Shown here: positions 27,701 to 37,594 of the stretch, piece by piece
Numbering within the stretch: the stretch's first letter is position 1
Layout: every line of letters starts with the position of its first letter
NCBI GenBank assembly: GCA_002633005.1
Contig: NMRA01000005.1
Location: 1,002,524 to 1,066,523 of the forward strand
Source: Phoronis australis
Taxonomy: Eukaryota; Animalia; Phoronida
Direction of reading: 5' to 3'
DNA length: 64,000 nt
Made by a program: the position numbers and the translations under genes
The notes under the pieces: generated by a model
Told to the model about the DNA's origin: nothing
Seen by the model: only the letters and a program-made list of their open reading frames with translations
The model's database searches: none

Positions 27701-30700
27701 AAAGTGTGTTGCAAGCTTGAGTGCTATTGTTGCAAACGGTAAGTGCTGTCGACTTATCTATTTACTGTGTTTATGCGACAGGGAGCGATGCCTTAGATAT
27801 GACTGCTAGTGTAACCAACCCCTCTGGTGTGACAGAGCTGTGCGAGATCATGGACCTGGATGACTGTCACTACAGTATCCGTTTCACACCCGTAGAGATG
27901 GGAGTACACACAGTGATGGTCAAGTATAAGGACATGCATATCCCAGGTAGGTAGCCTTTGGTAATGTTGGCCTTTTTGTTTAACATTCGTCTTTCGAAAT
28001 TATCCTTTTGAAGGTATACTAAGTGTTGTATATTTCATATTTGTTGTTGAGGTATTCTTGTTCTTCATGGTTGCCTATGGCTTTACTTAAAAAAGTTGCC
28101 TTGTTTTTTTGATTATTTACAGAGTTGTTTCTAAGGTAACTTGTTTTTGGTAGTGCGTTCAAGTCATAAATGTCTAATTAAAAACCAACATCTTGTTTTT
28201 CTATCTATGTATCAAAATTATTTTTGGATCCACTTCTTGGTTGCTTGGGATTTTATCTTGCAAAAATTTAGTTGACTTTAAAGAAGTGTTTGATATTGTT
28301 GCTCATATTTCCAAAATGTCCATGTAATAACTAATGCGGATGTGGTACTCACAGTTAGCCATCCCTGCCGTCATTCTGGTATTCTGTTTGTTTCCCCAAC
28401 TAACAGGCAGCCCGTTCCAGTTTACTGTTGGCCCCATCACTGAAGGTGGCGCTCACAAAGTGCACGCCGCTGGCCCTGGTGTGGAAAGAGGAGAGGTCGA
28501 TGTGCCAAGTAGGTGGATGTTTCTATTTTGCTATTACTGGGGATTTACAATGTCTGAAGGGGAGCAACTATAATTTTTGAAAGAAAGGTGGCTACGTTTA
28601 CCCTAAAAATGGCAATGGAGGGTTTTTAGTATCTGCCTAGTAATTTGCTTGTAGTATGTGTTAGGGGTGTTCACTCAACTTAATGTATGATTTGGGAATA
28701 TAGTTCTTGGGAGGATTCTTTTGCCTCATGATACTCGCTATTTTTTTTTCAAGAAATTCAGAACAGTTGCTGCTACTTACGGTACTCCCGAGTGGATACG
28801 TTGGTGCTACTTAAGGTACTCCCCCTAGTGGATACTTTGGTACTACTTTGCCTGGAGATCTGTTAAGTATTCGTGTAGTACAGAGTATTATGTGTGGCTC
28901 TTGTATTGCTAGATGAGTTCAATATCTACACACGTGAGGCCGGTGCTGGCAGTCTGTCCATAGGCGTGGAAGGACCGTCAAAGGCTGAAATCAAGTTTGA
29001 AGACCGCAAGGACGGCTCATGTGGTGTCCAGTACACGTGTACCGAACCTGGTAGGGTGTTTGTGTGACTGATGACGATAATTATAATGACATTTCACCAA
29101 GATAATGACAATACTAATGTTACCCATAAAGTTAGCTGTTACCTGTGGGTTTACGTATATTTTCTGCTGCTCTGAACTCACCTTGTCAGAAATAATTTAT
29201 TTAGAATGCTGTCACTTAAGGTTTGAGAATGAGTCTCGGAGTTGTTCCTTACTCAGGTTTAATAGAAATCTTGAGAAGAACTGGTCATTATGGCAACTCA
29301 TTATTGAGCCTGTTCTTGAGCAATAAGAATTTTCTCAGGGATCACTTCTATTCTGAGTGAGAAACAAATTGAGTCTAGTTTTGTATTGGTAGACAGATGA
29401 CTTAAATGAGAAGATAGTTTTTAACTGAAAGGAGATCATTTAGCTGTATTGTTACATGATTGTAAAAAGACAAGGAGAAAAAAACGGTTGCATTCATTTA
29501 ATTTGTATTAGGTTTGTATCCAAAAGAAATGACACAGGTAAAGAGATTAGGCATCACTGGCCATGTTAAAACCATTAAAGCATTGCATTTCTCAATATAA
29601 TGATATTGAAACGTTTAATTAATAAATTTTTAGCTCGTCATTTGTTCAATTATTGCTGCTATTGAGATGTATTGTTTTAACCTTTCTGCTGCTGTGCATT
29701 TCAGGTGAATACATCGTTAATGTCAAGTTCAATGACGAACATGTGCCCGACTCTCCCTTCCATGTTCCCATCGTGCCATCAACAGGCGATGCCCGGAAGG
29801 TCACTGTGCAATCTCTGCAGCAGAAGGGACTTCAGGTGCGTGCTGATTGGTCTGTTTGATAATTGGGTGACTGGTTGGTATGCTCATTGGTCAGTTTAGT
29901 GACTGGGTCATTGGCTAGCTCCGGGGTCATTTAGAATTGAGAGGGTTGATTTTGTTTGAAAAATTGACATGGTGGCTAGTTATGCTCAGATTGGGGTGTA
30001 AACATGACCTTTAACCTTTATACAGTGACATGTCATCTGGGCTGGTGAATTGTGGGAAGAAGTGTTGATGTTGGTATTTCTTCTGATTATTGTAGAGGAC
30101 TCACTTCTGTCGAATGTTACCGTAATTCTTCGTGTATCGCTCAAAAATAATTGCTGGCTACGTTGTTGCAAATTCTAGAAACTTTGTACAAGTCAAGCTA
30201 GCCTAATATATATATACAATCACATTTTTATGATCTTTATTTCGTGGAGAGCTTTGGCTAAATGAAATTTCTCTTGGTCGCCAAATTAAGCATTAAACAG
30301 GTGAAGAATTTCTGGGTATGCACTGATGCTGCACCAGAAAGGTCCTCGTCGATATGAACTGTGCAATAACACGTTTTAGCCAAAATACATCGCAACATTG
30401 TTCACAATGGGAAGTTTAGTTGCTTGTGGCAAACCAAACCAAAAATAACAGACAATGAACTCTGTGTCATTTAATTTGTAACTGGACTGAAATATTCTTT
30501 GAACTGTCTCTCTACTCTGAGAATTTTGAATTTCTGTACTGTACAAAAATAGATTTAGATGTACGTAGATTTGGGAAAGCATTTTGCTGGCTTCTTGAGT
30601 ATACCGGTGGTTAAGTGGAGGTTATCAAGTATCTCCTAATCATCAGCTTGACCTTTTTAGACTTTATTGATAGAAAGCCTCTTAGAACCTCTTAACAGTT

Positions 30701-33700
30701 ATTGACTGTCAAGATTAAATATGGTACTTATAGACTAAACCAACTTTTCTACTGACGAAGACGACTTTCCTCTCGGTCATATATGAAGCTGTCTGTCGCC
30801 TAGTTTAACTGCCTAACGAAAATTGAGCCTTTAGTCTAAAATCGGTTTCATAATGTACCTTATTGTGATAGAGTTGTATTTCCGTTAGAGTTTATTAGGG
30901 TTGGCCAACGTTCAAATTCAAAAGTTGTGCATGTGCGCATTGCCAGTGACTCAATTTACTATTGGGTAAGTGTAGTAATGTTTTTGAACCCCTAAGTGTT
31001 TCGGTTAAGATTAAGAATTTCATATCGACAGCTAAACAGCATCGAAATGCCTTTTCAAATTATTGTACAGGCATCTGCATAGACAGACCATATCCAAATC
31101 CTGTAGCCGCATTGACCGACAGTAGTCAAATTCCGACGGGTATCCTTACTAGATGGTACCAAAGATGTGCACGGGCACTTTTCTAGCTTATGTTGTCTAC
31201 GGGTTTGTTTGCTTTCAGGTCGGAAAGCCTGCTTCGTTCTCATGTGTCTTCAATGGTGCCAGTGGTCACCTGTCAGCTAAGATTGTGTCTCCCTCTGGTG
31301 CTGAAGACACTGCCATAATTCAGCCAATCGATGAATCAAACGGTGAGTCATCATTTGAATTCACAACACACTATCTTGTCTGGTGACGGACAAAGGTTGA
31401 TACTATCCCGCTAATAGGCGAGCATGCCTAGTAATTGATTATTACAGTATGCAGGAAGGCCACATCGGGGATTTAAAAGGATTTGTGATGTTGGTGACAT
31501 GTACTGAGGTTAGAAGCGACCAATCAGGGGGCAATGTATGATTCATGCGACCAATCAGGGGGCAATGTATGATTCATGCGACCAATCAGGGGGCAATGTA
31601 TGATTCATGCATCTATCCTGGCATGATTGTTGGATGGAATTACAGTTTCTCCTTTTTCTTATTTTTAGTCTTTATGCTGGGTTATTAAATAGTGGTGTTA
31701 GCTTATTGCACTCCACAGACTCCACCTGCTGGGTTTTCAACATTGTTGTGAAGGCCACAATTTTCAAAATGTTGTCTGGGGTTCAGAACTTGGTGAGGTA
31801 TTAATGAGTAACCCAGTATTCACCAGGTGGTGCTGGTGCATAACTAACGGCTCTTATGTTTTACTGCCTGATTGAATCGAGATAAGAATGCAGTTCACCA
31901 GCGTGGGAGCGCCTGTTCGCTAATGGTCTCACGTGACTAGTGAATGCATGCAGTAGAACGCCTGTTATACTAGCGTCATTGAATGAATTCCATATCGTTC
32001 ATGAAAATGTGAGAAAATAGAATTTCACGTGTCTGCCATACTGCATGCTAAATTTGTGAGACTGTACTGTGCTGTACTCTCCCTCAGGTCACTACGCTGT
32101 CCGCTTCATCCCCCGCGAGAACGGTGTACACTACGTTCACGTTTATCTTGATGGCAACCACATCAAGGGCAGCCCCTTCCGCATGTTGGTCGGCAAGATC
32201 GACGCTGATCCTGGATTGGTGCACGCCCGCGGCAAGGGTCTTACCAAGGGAGAGACAAGTGAGTAGTTGAGTGCAGGCCGGTGTCTTTTACACATCGCCA
32301 TTTAAGTGTTTTATTTTCGTTTCACGTATGTATGTTCCCTTATAGTTTTATTTCTAACATTTGAGTTGAATAATGACATGTTGTCTATCAACTGGGTGTC
32401 ACCATCTGATGTGACTAAATTACTGTGGTGAAATGGATTATGGCCATGTATTCCTAGATTTTACCAGAAAACGGTGGGGTAGCCATTAGAGATCGTCTGG
32501 TGCTGCCTCCTGGCTGTAAATGAAGGATCTTGTGGTAGACATTGGGGACACATTTTCACTGTCAAAATGCCTTTTGTAAGTAAGCTGGGATTCGCTGTTG
32601 TCAAATAAAATTCCCCATCATCACCTAAAAAGGCAGTTGGTAAGACGGATTATCATCTGACAAATCCACCTCTAGTTTTCCACGATCAGTTATAGCTAAT
32701 TCAGCAACTCTTCTTCAAAATTGTTTGGTTTTGAAGCTACGCAGGAAGTGGTTTACCTTGCTACTGTCTGCTTCTGTTTGTCCATGGTATGCACCGTGGT
32801 ATGCACCGTGGTATGCACCATGGTATGCACCGTGGTGCTTGTATGTCTCGACATGTGGCGTCACCAGAATCTGATCTTCGTTCGTGTATAATATACACCG
32901 CGTGCCCTTGTCTTATTTTTAGACCAGCATAACAAGTTCATTGTGTCGACCGTGGGCGCGGGTGCGTCCACCCTCGGTGTCACCATTGACGGGCCCTCCA
33001 AAGTGGAGCTCAACTGTAAGGAGATACCTGAAGGCTACGAGTTCGACTACGTGCCAACTGCACCGGGCTCCTACCTGATCACTATCAAGTATGCTAGCAA
33101 CACACACATCGTAGGTAGTCCCTTCAAGGCAACCATCACAGGTAAGCCCAAACAAGGACTGGTCACAGTTTTTGTTTGTTGGGGTTGTCGTCATAGCAAT
33201 CCTTCATTAGGGAAGAATATCCTGTAGCCTGTTTACTATAAGTGTTCAAGATGAAAACTCAGAAGCGGTGTTTTACTTTTCTAAATTATAATTTCGTTTT
33301 ATGGAACTTAACGATTTTTATACAAAAATTGTTTAAAAAATCCGATATCTGGATGTCCCCTCATTCAAATGCGCAAAAACACTTTAGAAACAATTGCTAA
33401 TAAAAGATTGCGGTACAGTGCATATAGTGTTGTATCTGAAAGTCTTGTGTGAATCTGACCAACGATTTCTAAGATGTAATGTTCCGAAGTGAGCCAAATT
33501 TAGACATTTTTCTACGGTCCTACGTAACAGTAACCATAGAATGGCCGGTGAAGGCAGAAAGTTGCGTCTCAAAAAGACTCTGTATACATGCATTACCAGG
33601 GCTATTACTGCCCCTATCGATGTTTTTTGTTGAGGTCAAATCCCCAGTCACCACCCATTCCACCCACCCTCGCTACCCTTCAACGTCGATGACTCGCTAG

Positions 33701-34751
33701 CCAAAACTTTCATACAGAACTGATTATAACTTTAACTTTGAAGAGAATATTTTAATCGTTGAAGATGGATTTCCCATGGTTTTTAAATATTTGTCGTGGG
33801 GGGAATGGGGCGGATATTCGACCGTAAGATCAAGGCGGTGAGGCCCCTGATTACACGTGTTGTCTTTTGACTCACCCTGTATTGTCACTCTAGGTGAAGG
33901 CTCTGGTTCTGGCCTGGTGGAGCAGACCCAGTGTATCGTGGACACAGTGTCCAAGACTGAGGCCGGCCTGGGTTTCCAGATGCCCAAGCTACAGTCAGAT
34001 GCTAGTAAGGTAACTGCAAGAGGCAACGGCCTGCAGAAGTCATTTGTCAACAAAAAGACCACGTTTACAGTGGATACTAAGGATGCTGGTAAGATATCGT
34101 TCATGAAAAAATTCATGTGAAGTCCTCGACAGAGGATGTTCAGTTCATTGCCTATTTTAGCCACCTGTGGCTGTATGTGATATCTAATGCAAGTGAGACG
34201 TACGTTATTTATTTTCATTGGTGAATTGTGAGACATGTGCCAAGACCTTTAAAAAAATTTTTGGAATCGTGGAAAATTCCCATGTCTTAGTCCATATAAA
34301 AAAGATAAAAATTCTGTTGAGCACACATTGCTGTCACTTGTCATTTTCCCGTGTCAGCATTATACTGAAATCTGGCTTGGTTTTCGTATTCATTTGTTCT
34401 AAATGTGTCCTTTATGCTTTTATTTGACCACCAATTCATGTTGACGCCAACATTAGCATAATAGTCTCCCCAATATTTCACCAGTTTCAACATCCAAGCG
34501 GGTATTGAAGAGAGTGCGTCACATGTCTAACCCTGTCTGTGTCTTTCTCTCTGACAGGTCAAAACATGTTGTTTGTGGGTGTCATCGGTCCAGCCAAGTC
34601 GGCACCATGTGATGAAGTAAACATCAAGCACACTAGGGCTACAGAGTATACCATTAGCTACGTCGTCAAGGACAAAGGTCAATACATGCTGGTCGTCAAG
34701 TGGGGCGACGATCACATCCCCGGCAGTCCCTTCCAGGTTAACGTGTTGTAG
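601..34751 (+). CDS. FLN: Filamin (co-ortholog of FLNA/B/C and Drosophila cheerio), 3' part of a multi-exon CDS from the end of Ig16 to Ig24; the 5' part lies upstream of the window
   Basis: GT-AG exons join in consistent phase. The translation follows human FLNA Ig17-24 in order ([75 protein letters not shown]-stop). Confidence 0.97.
1242..2123 (-). mobile_element. BEL/Pao-derived insertion with two inverted 185-bp LTR copies, a tRNA-His-type PBS and a gag (DUF1759-like) fragment; 5-bp TSD AATGT
   Basis: 1242-1433 is the reverse complement of 1932-2123 (one mismatch seen). Ends are TGTCA...TGACA. AATGT lies at 1237-1241 and 2124-2128. PBS TGGTGCCGTGACC is on the - strand at 1921-1933. Gag-like text includes [34 protein letters not shown]. 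Confidence 0.9.
2765..2955. mobile_element. Small inverted-repeat (MITE-like) element with a CTCF-consensus motif in each arm
   Basis: TCACTAGGTGGCGCTA at 2799-2814 and its exact reverse complement at 2917-2932, with weaker flanking complementarity (agtgggaatga / tcattgcccact). Confidence 0.55.
4071..4244 (+). CDS. FLN: Filamin Ig17 C-terminal exon, variant A (probable mutually exclusive exon)
   Basis: catcag|GA ... ACAG|gtaaac, 174 nt, phase 1/1; [58 protein letters not shown]. Confidence 0.93.
4659..4832 (+). CDS. FLN: Filamin Ig17 C-terminal exon, variant B (probable mutually exclusive exon)
   Basis: cactag|GT ... GTCG|gtgagt, 174 nt, phase 1/1; [58 protein letters not shown]. Confidence 0.92.
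7760..7912 (+). CDS. FLN: Filamin exon, Ig18 N-terminal part
   Basis: ctgcag|GA ... TTGG|gtaagt, 153 nt; [41 protein letters not shown]. Confidence 0.95.
8357..8560 (+). CDS. FLN: Filamin exon, Ig18 C-terminal and Ig19 N-terminal parts
   Basis: ctgcag|GA ... GCAG|gtgggt, 204 nt; [13 protein letters not shown]...[14 protein letters not shown]...FTVDTKEA. Confidence 0.95.
9177..9390. repeat. Minisatellite, about 45-52 bp unit, about 4.5 copies
   Basis: The unit gacaataggtgtcgctcccagt(gt)n(g)ntttagttccat is repeated with variable GT and G tract lengths. Confidence 0.9.
9620..9683 (-). mobile_element. tRNA-derived SINE head remnant
   Basis: The minus strand reads agagcactagactgacaatctagagacctgtGGTTCGATTCCcag (B box). 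No complete cloverleaf. Confidence 0.55.
14330..14540 (-). mobile_element. tRNA-derived SINE, degenerate
   Basis: The minus strand reads ggcagcgTGACCTAGTGTG (A-box-like) ... GGTTTGAATCC (B box), followed by a cccttgag body motif. The 3' boundary is approximate. Confidence 0.55.
16888..16963 (+). CDS. FLN: Candidate alternative first coding exon of filamin ([25 protein letters not shown]), with a second in-frame donor after 16999
   Basis: acaacATG start context with an in-frame TGA at 16873. Donors CAG|gtaagg (16963/4) and TTG|gtgagt (16999/17000) are both phase 1, matching the next filamin exon at 26306. Confidence 0.7.
20313..20559. mobile_element. hAT-like MITE, TIR (C/T)AGGGCTTGGAAT, probable 6-bp TSD
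   Basis: tagggcttggaat ... attccaagccctg; flanks ggtaat / ggttat; related copies at 36220-36709 and 37140-37310. Confidence 0.8.
21620..21740 (+). repeat. Dispersed repeat fragment homologous to 26529-26940
   Basis: Shared string gcagtgtcaa(c/t)ttgctc...tcagt..cgtttaca(c/t)aca(c/t)acttgc. Confidence 0.6.
22108..22596. mobile_element. hAT-type MITE with a perfect 8-bp TSD
   Basis: TIRs caggcctttatgcag / ctggataaaggcctg; ATTCCAAG at 22100-22107 and 22597-22604. Confidence 0.88.
25420..25625. mobile_element. Degenerate foldback MITE
   Basis: tgcatgaaagtc..gactcgtcaaagttccctaa is complementary to agggaactttggcgagtc..gactatttcatgca. Confidence 0.6.
26306..26458 (+). CDS. FLN: Filamin exon, Ig19 C-terminal part
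   Basis: tcacag|GT ... CCAG|gtaaga, 153 nt; [19 protein letters not shown]...[11 protein letters not shown]. Confidence 0.96.
26529..26940 (+). repeat. Internally repetitive non-autonomous DNA transposon remnant (possibly Harbinger-like)
   Basis: Recurring gtcccgttta(g/c)a modules at about 26529, 26595 and 26874; a homologous fragment at 21620-21740; second terminus not found. Confidence 0.5.
27258..27386 (+). CDS. FLN: Filamin exon, Ig19 end and Ig20 A/B strands (absent from the ORF track)
   Basis: caacag|GA ... CCAG|gtgggt, 129 nt; [43 protein letters not shown]. Confidence 0.95.
27782..27946 (+). CDS. FLN: Filamin exon, Ig20
   Basis: cgacag|GG ... CCAG|gtaggt, 165 nt; [11 protein letters not shown]...[25 protein letters not shown]. 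Confidence 0.95.
28407..28508 (+). CDS. FLN: Filamin exon, Ig20 end and Ig21 start
   Basis: taacag|GC ... CCAA|gtaggt, 102 nt; [34 protein letters not shown]. Confidence 0.95.
28768..28850. repeat. Short tandem duplication, about 35 bp x 2.3
   Basis: gctactta(c/a)ggtactccc..agtggatac(g/t)ttggt repeated. Confidence 0.7.
28913..29050 (+). CDS. FLN: Filamin exon, Ig21 (absent from the ORF track)
   Basis: tgctag|AT ... CCTG|gtaggg, 138 nt; [45 protein letters not shown]. Confidence 0.95.
29705..29835 (+). CDS. FLN: Filamin exon, Ig21 end and Ig22 start
   Basis: tttcag|GT ... TCAG|gtgcgt, 131 nt, phase 1/0; [18 protein letters not shown]...[16 protein letters not shown]. Confidence 0.95.
31219..31342 (+). 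CDS. FLN: Filamin exon, Ig22
   Basis: tttcag|GTC ... AACG|gtgagt, 124 nt, phase 0/1; [27 protein letters not shown]. Confidence 0.95.
31516..31610. repeat. Perfect 31-bp tandem repeat x3
   Basis: gcgaccaatcagggggcaatgtatgattcat starting at 31516, 31547 and 31578. Confidence 0.95.
32088..32258 (+). CDS. FLN: Filamin exon, Ig22 end and Ig23 start
   Basis: cctcag|GT ... ACAA|gtgagt, 171 nt; [18 protein letters not shown]...[12 protein letters not shown]. Confidence 0.95.
32782..32836. repeat. 12-bp tandem repeat, about 4.5 copies
   Basis: cc(a/g)tggtatgca repeated. Confidence 0.9.
32923..33141 (+). CDS. FLN: Filamin exon, Ig23
   Basis: ttttag|AC ... ACAG|gtaagc, 219 nt; [20 protein letters not shown]...[12 protein letters not shown]. 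Confidence 0.95.
33894..34088 (+). CDS. FLN: Filamin exon, hinge 2 and Ig24 start
   Basis: ctctag|GT ... GCTG|gtaaga, 195 nt; [31 protein letters not shown]. Confidence 0.95.
34558..34751 (+). CDS. FLN: Filamin last coding exon, Ig24 dimerisation domain
   Basis: tgacag|GT ... stop TAG; [10 protein letters not shown]...[27 protein letters not shown]. Confidence 0.96.
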
Positions 34752-35660
34752 GCATCACGTGACGCGTGACATCGTCCGGTGATGTTGCATTGCCATTGTG
34801 TCGCTATTCTGGTTGAATTCCTGTGATTTAAATATTTTCATATATGCAGGTCGTTGACTGCTAGTTTTCGTACGCTTTCGTTGAGAGACAGGTCGTCTTT
34901 TGCAGGTTTATGTGGAGTTACTAAATGCTGGATTTCTTTAGCATAATAGTGGTTGTGGAGCTGTATTCTGTCATCAATTCATTTTGTGCTTTAAATTTTT
35001 GCCGTTTTTTTCTTCAACCGCCTAAAAGAAAGTTTGTACTACACTGTTTTTTATTGTCCGATTGTCAATTATTTTATACATAAACCACACGTGTATATGC
35101 ATCAAAGATGTGGCATTTTATATGTGTGAATTGTTTACCATTAGCTTCCCAAGGTAGTAGTTTAGTAGATAAAGTGTCCTAGAATGGATTGTTACTGTTG
35201 TTATAGGCCCACGGCTTATGGACATGGGTCGTCACTCATGTACCTGCCGTGCGACGTTGAGTTATCGAGCAGTGGAAATTAGCCGTATCCATCAGTATTC
35301 TGAAGGTTTATTAGTACCAGTGTTTACCCAGTAGCTCATGGCTTTAACTTTGTAACTACTTTGAAGTACACATCTTTGCTCAAACACATGAGCTGGAGCT
35401 GTGGTTTTCAATTTGACCTCGGGTCACAGTCGCAGATGGTGACCTCTGACCTTCTGTCAACAGTTTGACCATGTGTCGGCACCAAACCACCAGTTGTACT
35501 ACAGTAAAAATTACATTTACAGATCTGATATCTCTAATACAGGTGCAGTGTCTGGTGTTGACACAGTACTTTTTGAGTATGTATTGTTATATATTACTGC
35601 TTTTCTAGTTGCTTGTAATAGCAAGTCTTCATATTTATGGTAATTAGGTTTCATTGTGTC

Positions 35661-35666
35661 AATAAA
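35661..35666 (+). terminator. Probable filamin polyadenylation signal
   Basis: AATAAA about 0.9 kb after the stop, followed by a T/GT-rich tract (ttgacttgtttttttt). Confidence 0.65.
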
Positions 35667-36219
35667 GTGCTAACATTTTGACTTGTTTTTTTTCATTCAG
35701 ATTCCGAATTCTGTGCAATTTGTGACTCAGGTGCGGAATCACGTAACCAAGTCCCATTCAACCCATATCAGTAAAGGGAGCAGCTTATGCGTCAATGTCC
35801 ATGTAATTTGAAGAAATCAATAAATTTCATGTGAAACCGAGTCCTCCGCATTACGTTTTCGCATTCGACTGATATAACAATGTTAGGATGCGTTACGAAT
35901 AACAAAATTTGTTTTTGTTGCATATATGCTTTAAGTCGCTGCAGACCACGTTTGGGGGCGTTTCATGAAAAGGGACGCGAGATAAAAATTTTATCGTGCA
36001 GTTACACTTCACAGTTAGGGAGTAATGGGTTAGCAGCATATCATGATTAGGAATAATTTAAACAAATAGTGTCAATAACTAGAAGTTTCTGGCTTTATTA
36101 TATTATCCAAGTTTGGTGAAGGGAGATTTAACTATTTTTCAGAAAGTTTGTGGATTGCAAGGCCAAATTTCTGACTTGCATCTATGGTCACTTCTCGGGC
36201 AGGCCGCTGATGTAGAATG

Positions 36220-36709
36220 CAAGGCTTGGAATGACCAATGACAAAAAACGCGGAAACTTTTACGGCCCAAATCATGCCCAATAACCAGCCTTGAAATGGT
36301 CAATGTGAACCTTTCCCCGACAAAAATCGGGAGGACTAAAAAAAAAAAAAACGTTACCACCATCAGTAGCATGCGTCTGCGCTCTCCCGTCCACTCCCAA
36401 CCCACACATTTTTGGCTGCAGAGCGGTAGTATTTGTCGCCGCGCTTAACAATAACACGAGACGCCATTGAAAATCACACCACGCTGTCCCAGCTGCCCCG
36501 GCAATGTTCACAATTTACGTTCCTCTGAAACATAAAGAGCAACTTCCGCTTTTCGAGGTGAACGTCGTCTGCAACGCCGCGGTAAGAAAGGAATTTGCCG
36601 CGGAAATTTTATATCAAATCCGATTTTTTTACACAGAAATATAAAAAAAGCGGAAAGCTCATTTGAAAAAAGCGGAAATCCGCGTTTCCGCGGAAAATTC
36701 CAAGCCCTG
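36220..36709. mobile_element. hAT-like MITE (same TIR family as 20313-20559) with a perfect 6-bp TSD
   Basis: caaggcttggaatgaccaatgacaaaa ... aaaattccaagccctg; AGAATG on both sides; repeated GCGGAAA subterminal motifs. Confidence 0.85.
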
Positions 36710-37139
36710 AGAATGAGAACTTCGTTCACAAGTACATTTGCCCTTCCAAAACGAGCATTCCTATTGGTTACAACAAGTCGCCTAAATTTTCCACAGCACC
36801 CATACTGAGTTGTTGACTAAAACTAACCTGCCAGAACAGGAAACTTGATATTGTCGATCTGCAGGGAACCCTGATCCGTATTTTTTACACTCGAACAACA
36901 GATGTACTAGTCACTTTAAAACGTCGTTGCAAGTCTCCATTTTTGAAGGCGAGGCCATACCGAAGATTAAAAATCATGGCTCCGAACGAGTCTATAAATA
37001 CACCGTCAACGAAAAAAAATTTGGTTTAATCTACATACTGTTATAAAAGTGGTCTCAAAATTGTTCCTTAGTCACATTGAAGGTAATTTAAGATCTTCAA
37101 AAAGAACTGGCAGTATATTTACAAGATTCCAGTCATTAA

Positions 37140-37310
37140 CAGGTGGCTTGCTCCACAAATAGACTTATGTGATAGAAATATTTTTAGTGTCTTAAAATTA
37201 ACTGCAAGAAGTATTTTTGCATGAATAAGGCAAAATAATGATAAAAAAGAGGAAGCTGGAAATCAAAACCAAAAGTGGAAATCCTCTTTAGAGGAAAATT
37301 CCAAGCCTTG
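37140..37310. mobile_element. Truncated third copy of the CAGGGCTTGGAAT MITE family
   Basis: ccacaaatagacttatgtga is the reverse complement of sequence near 20483-20502; the copy ends in gaggaaaattccaagccttg. Confidence 0.75.
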
Positions 37311-37594
37311 CAGTTACTCTATGCATAGATCATGGTCACGAGGAATTACAAGTAATGGTTAGTTGCTTGGACTTAACGCAGGTTTGTAGCAACATCAAAT
37401 GGTAATATACCTGTTGCCTTATGACACAGAACAACACTAAACTCTACGGCATCTTAGTATTCAAAATAAACCCCTTCAATTTTAGTTTACTTTTTAAGTT
37501 TACACCTATCCAGTTTACACCTATCCAGTTTCTCTTTATGCGTAATCCCTAAATGTAAAATGGCATTTTAAGTGGGATGGATACAAAATTAAAC

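Noticed and set aside
33724-34236. 170-aa minus-strand ORF
   Set aside because: Antisense shadow of a filamin exon with no recognisable motif.
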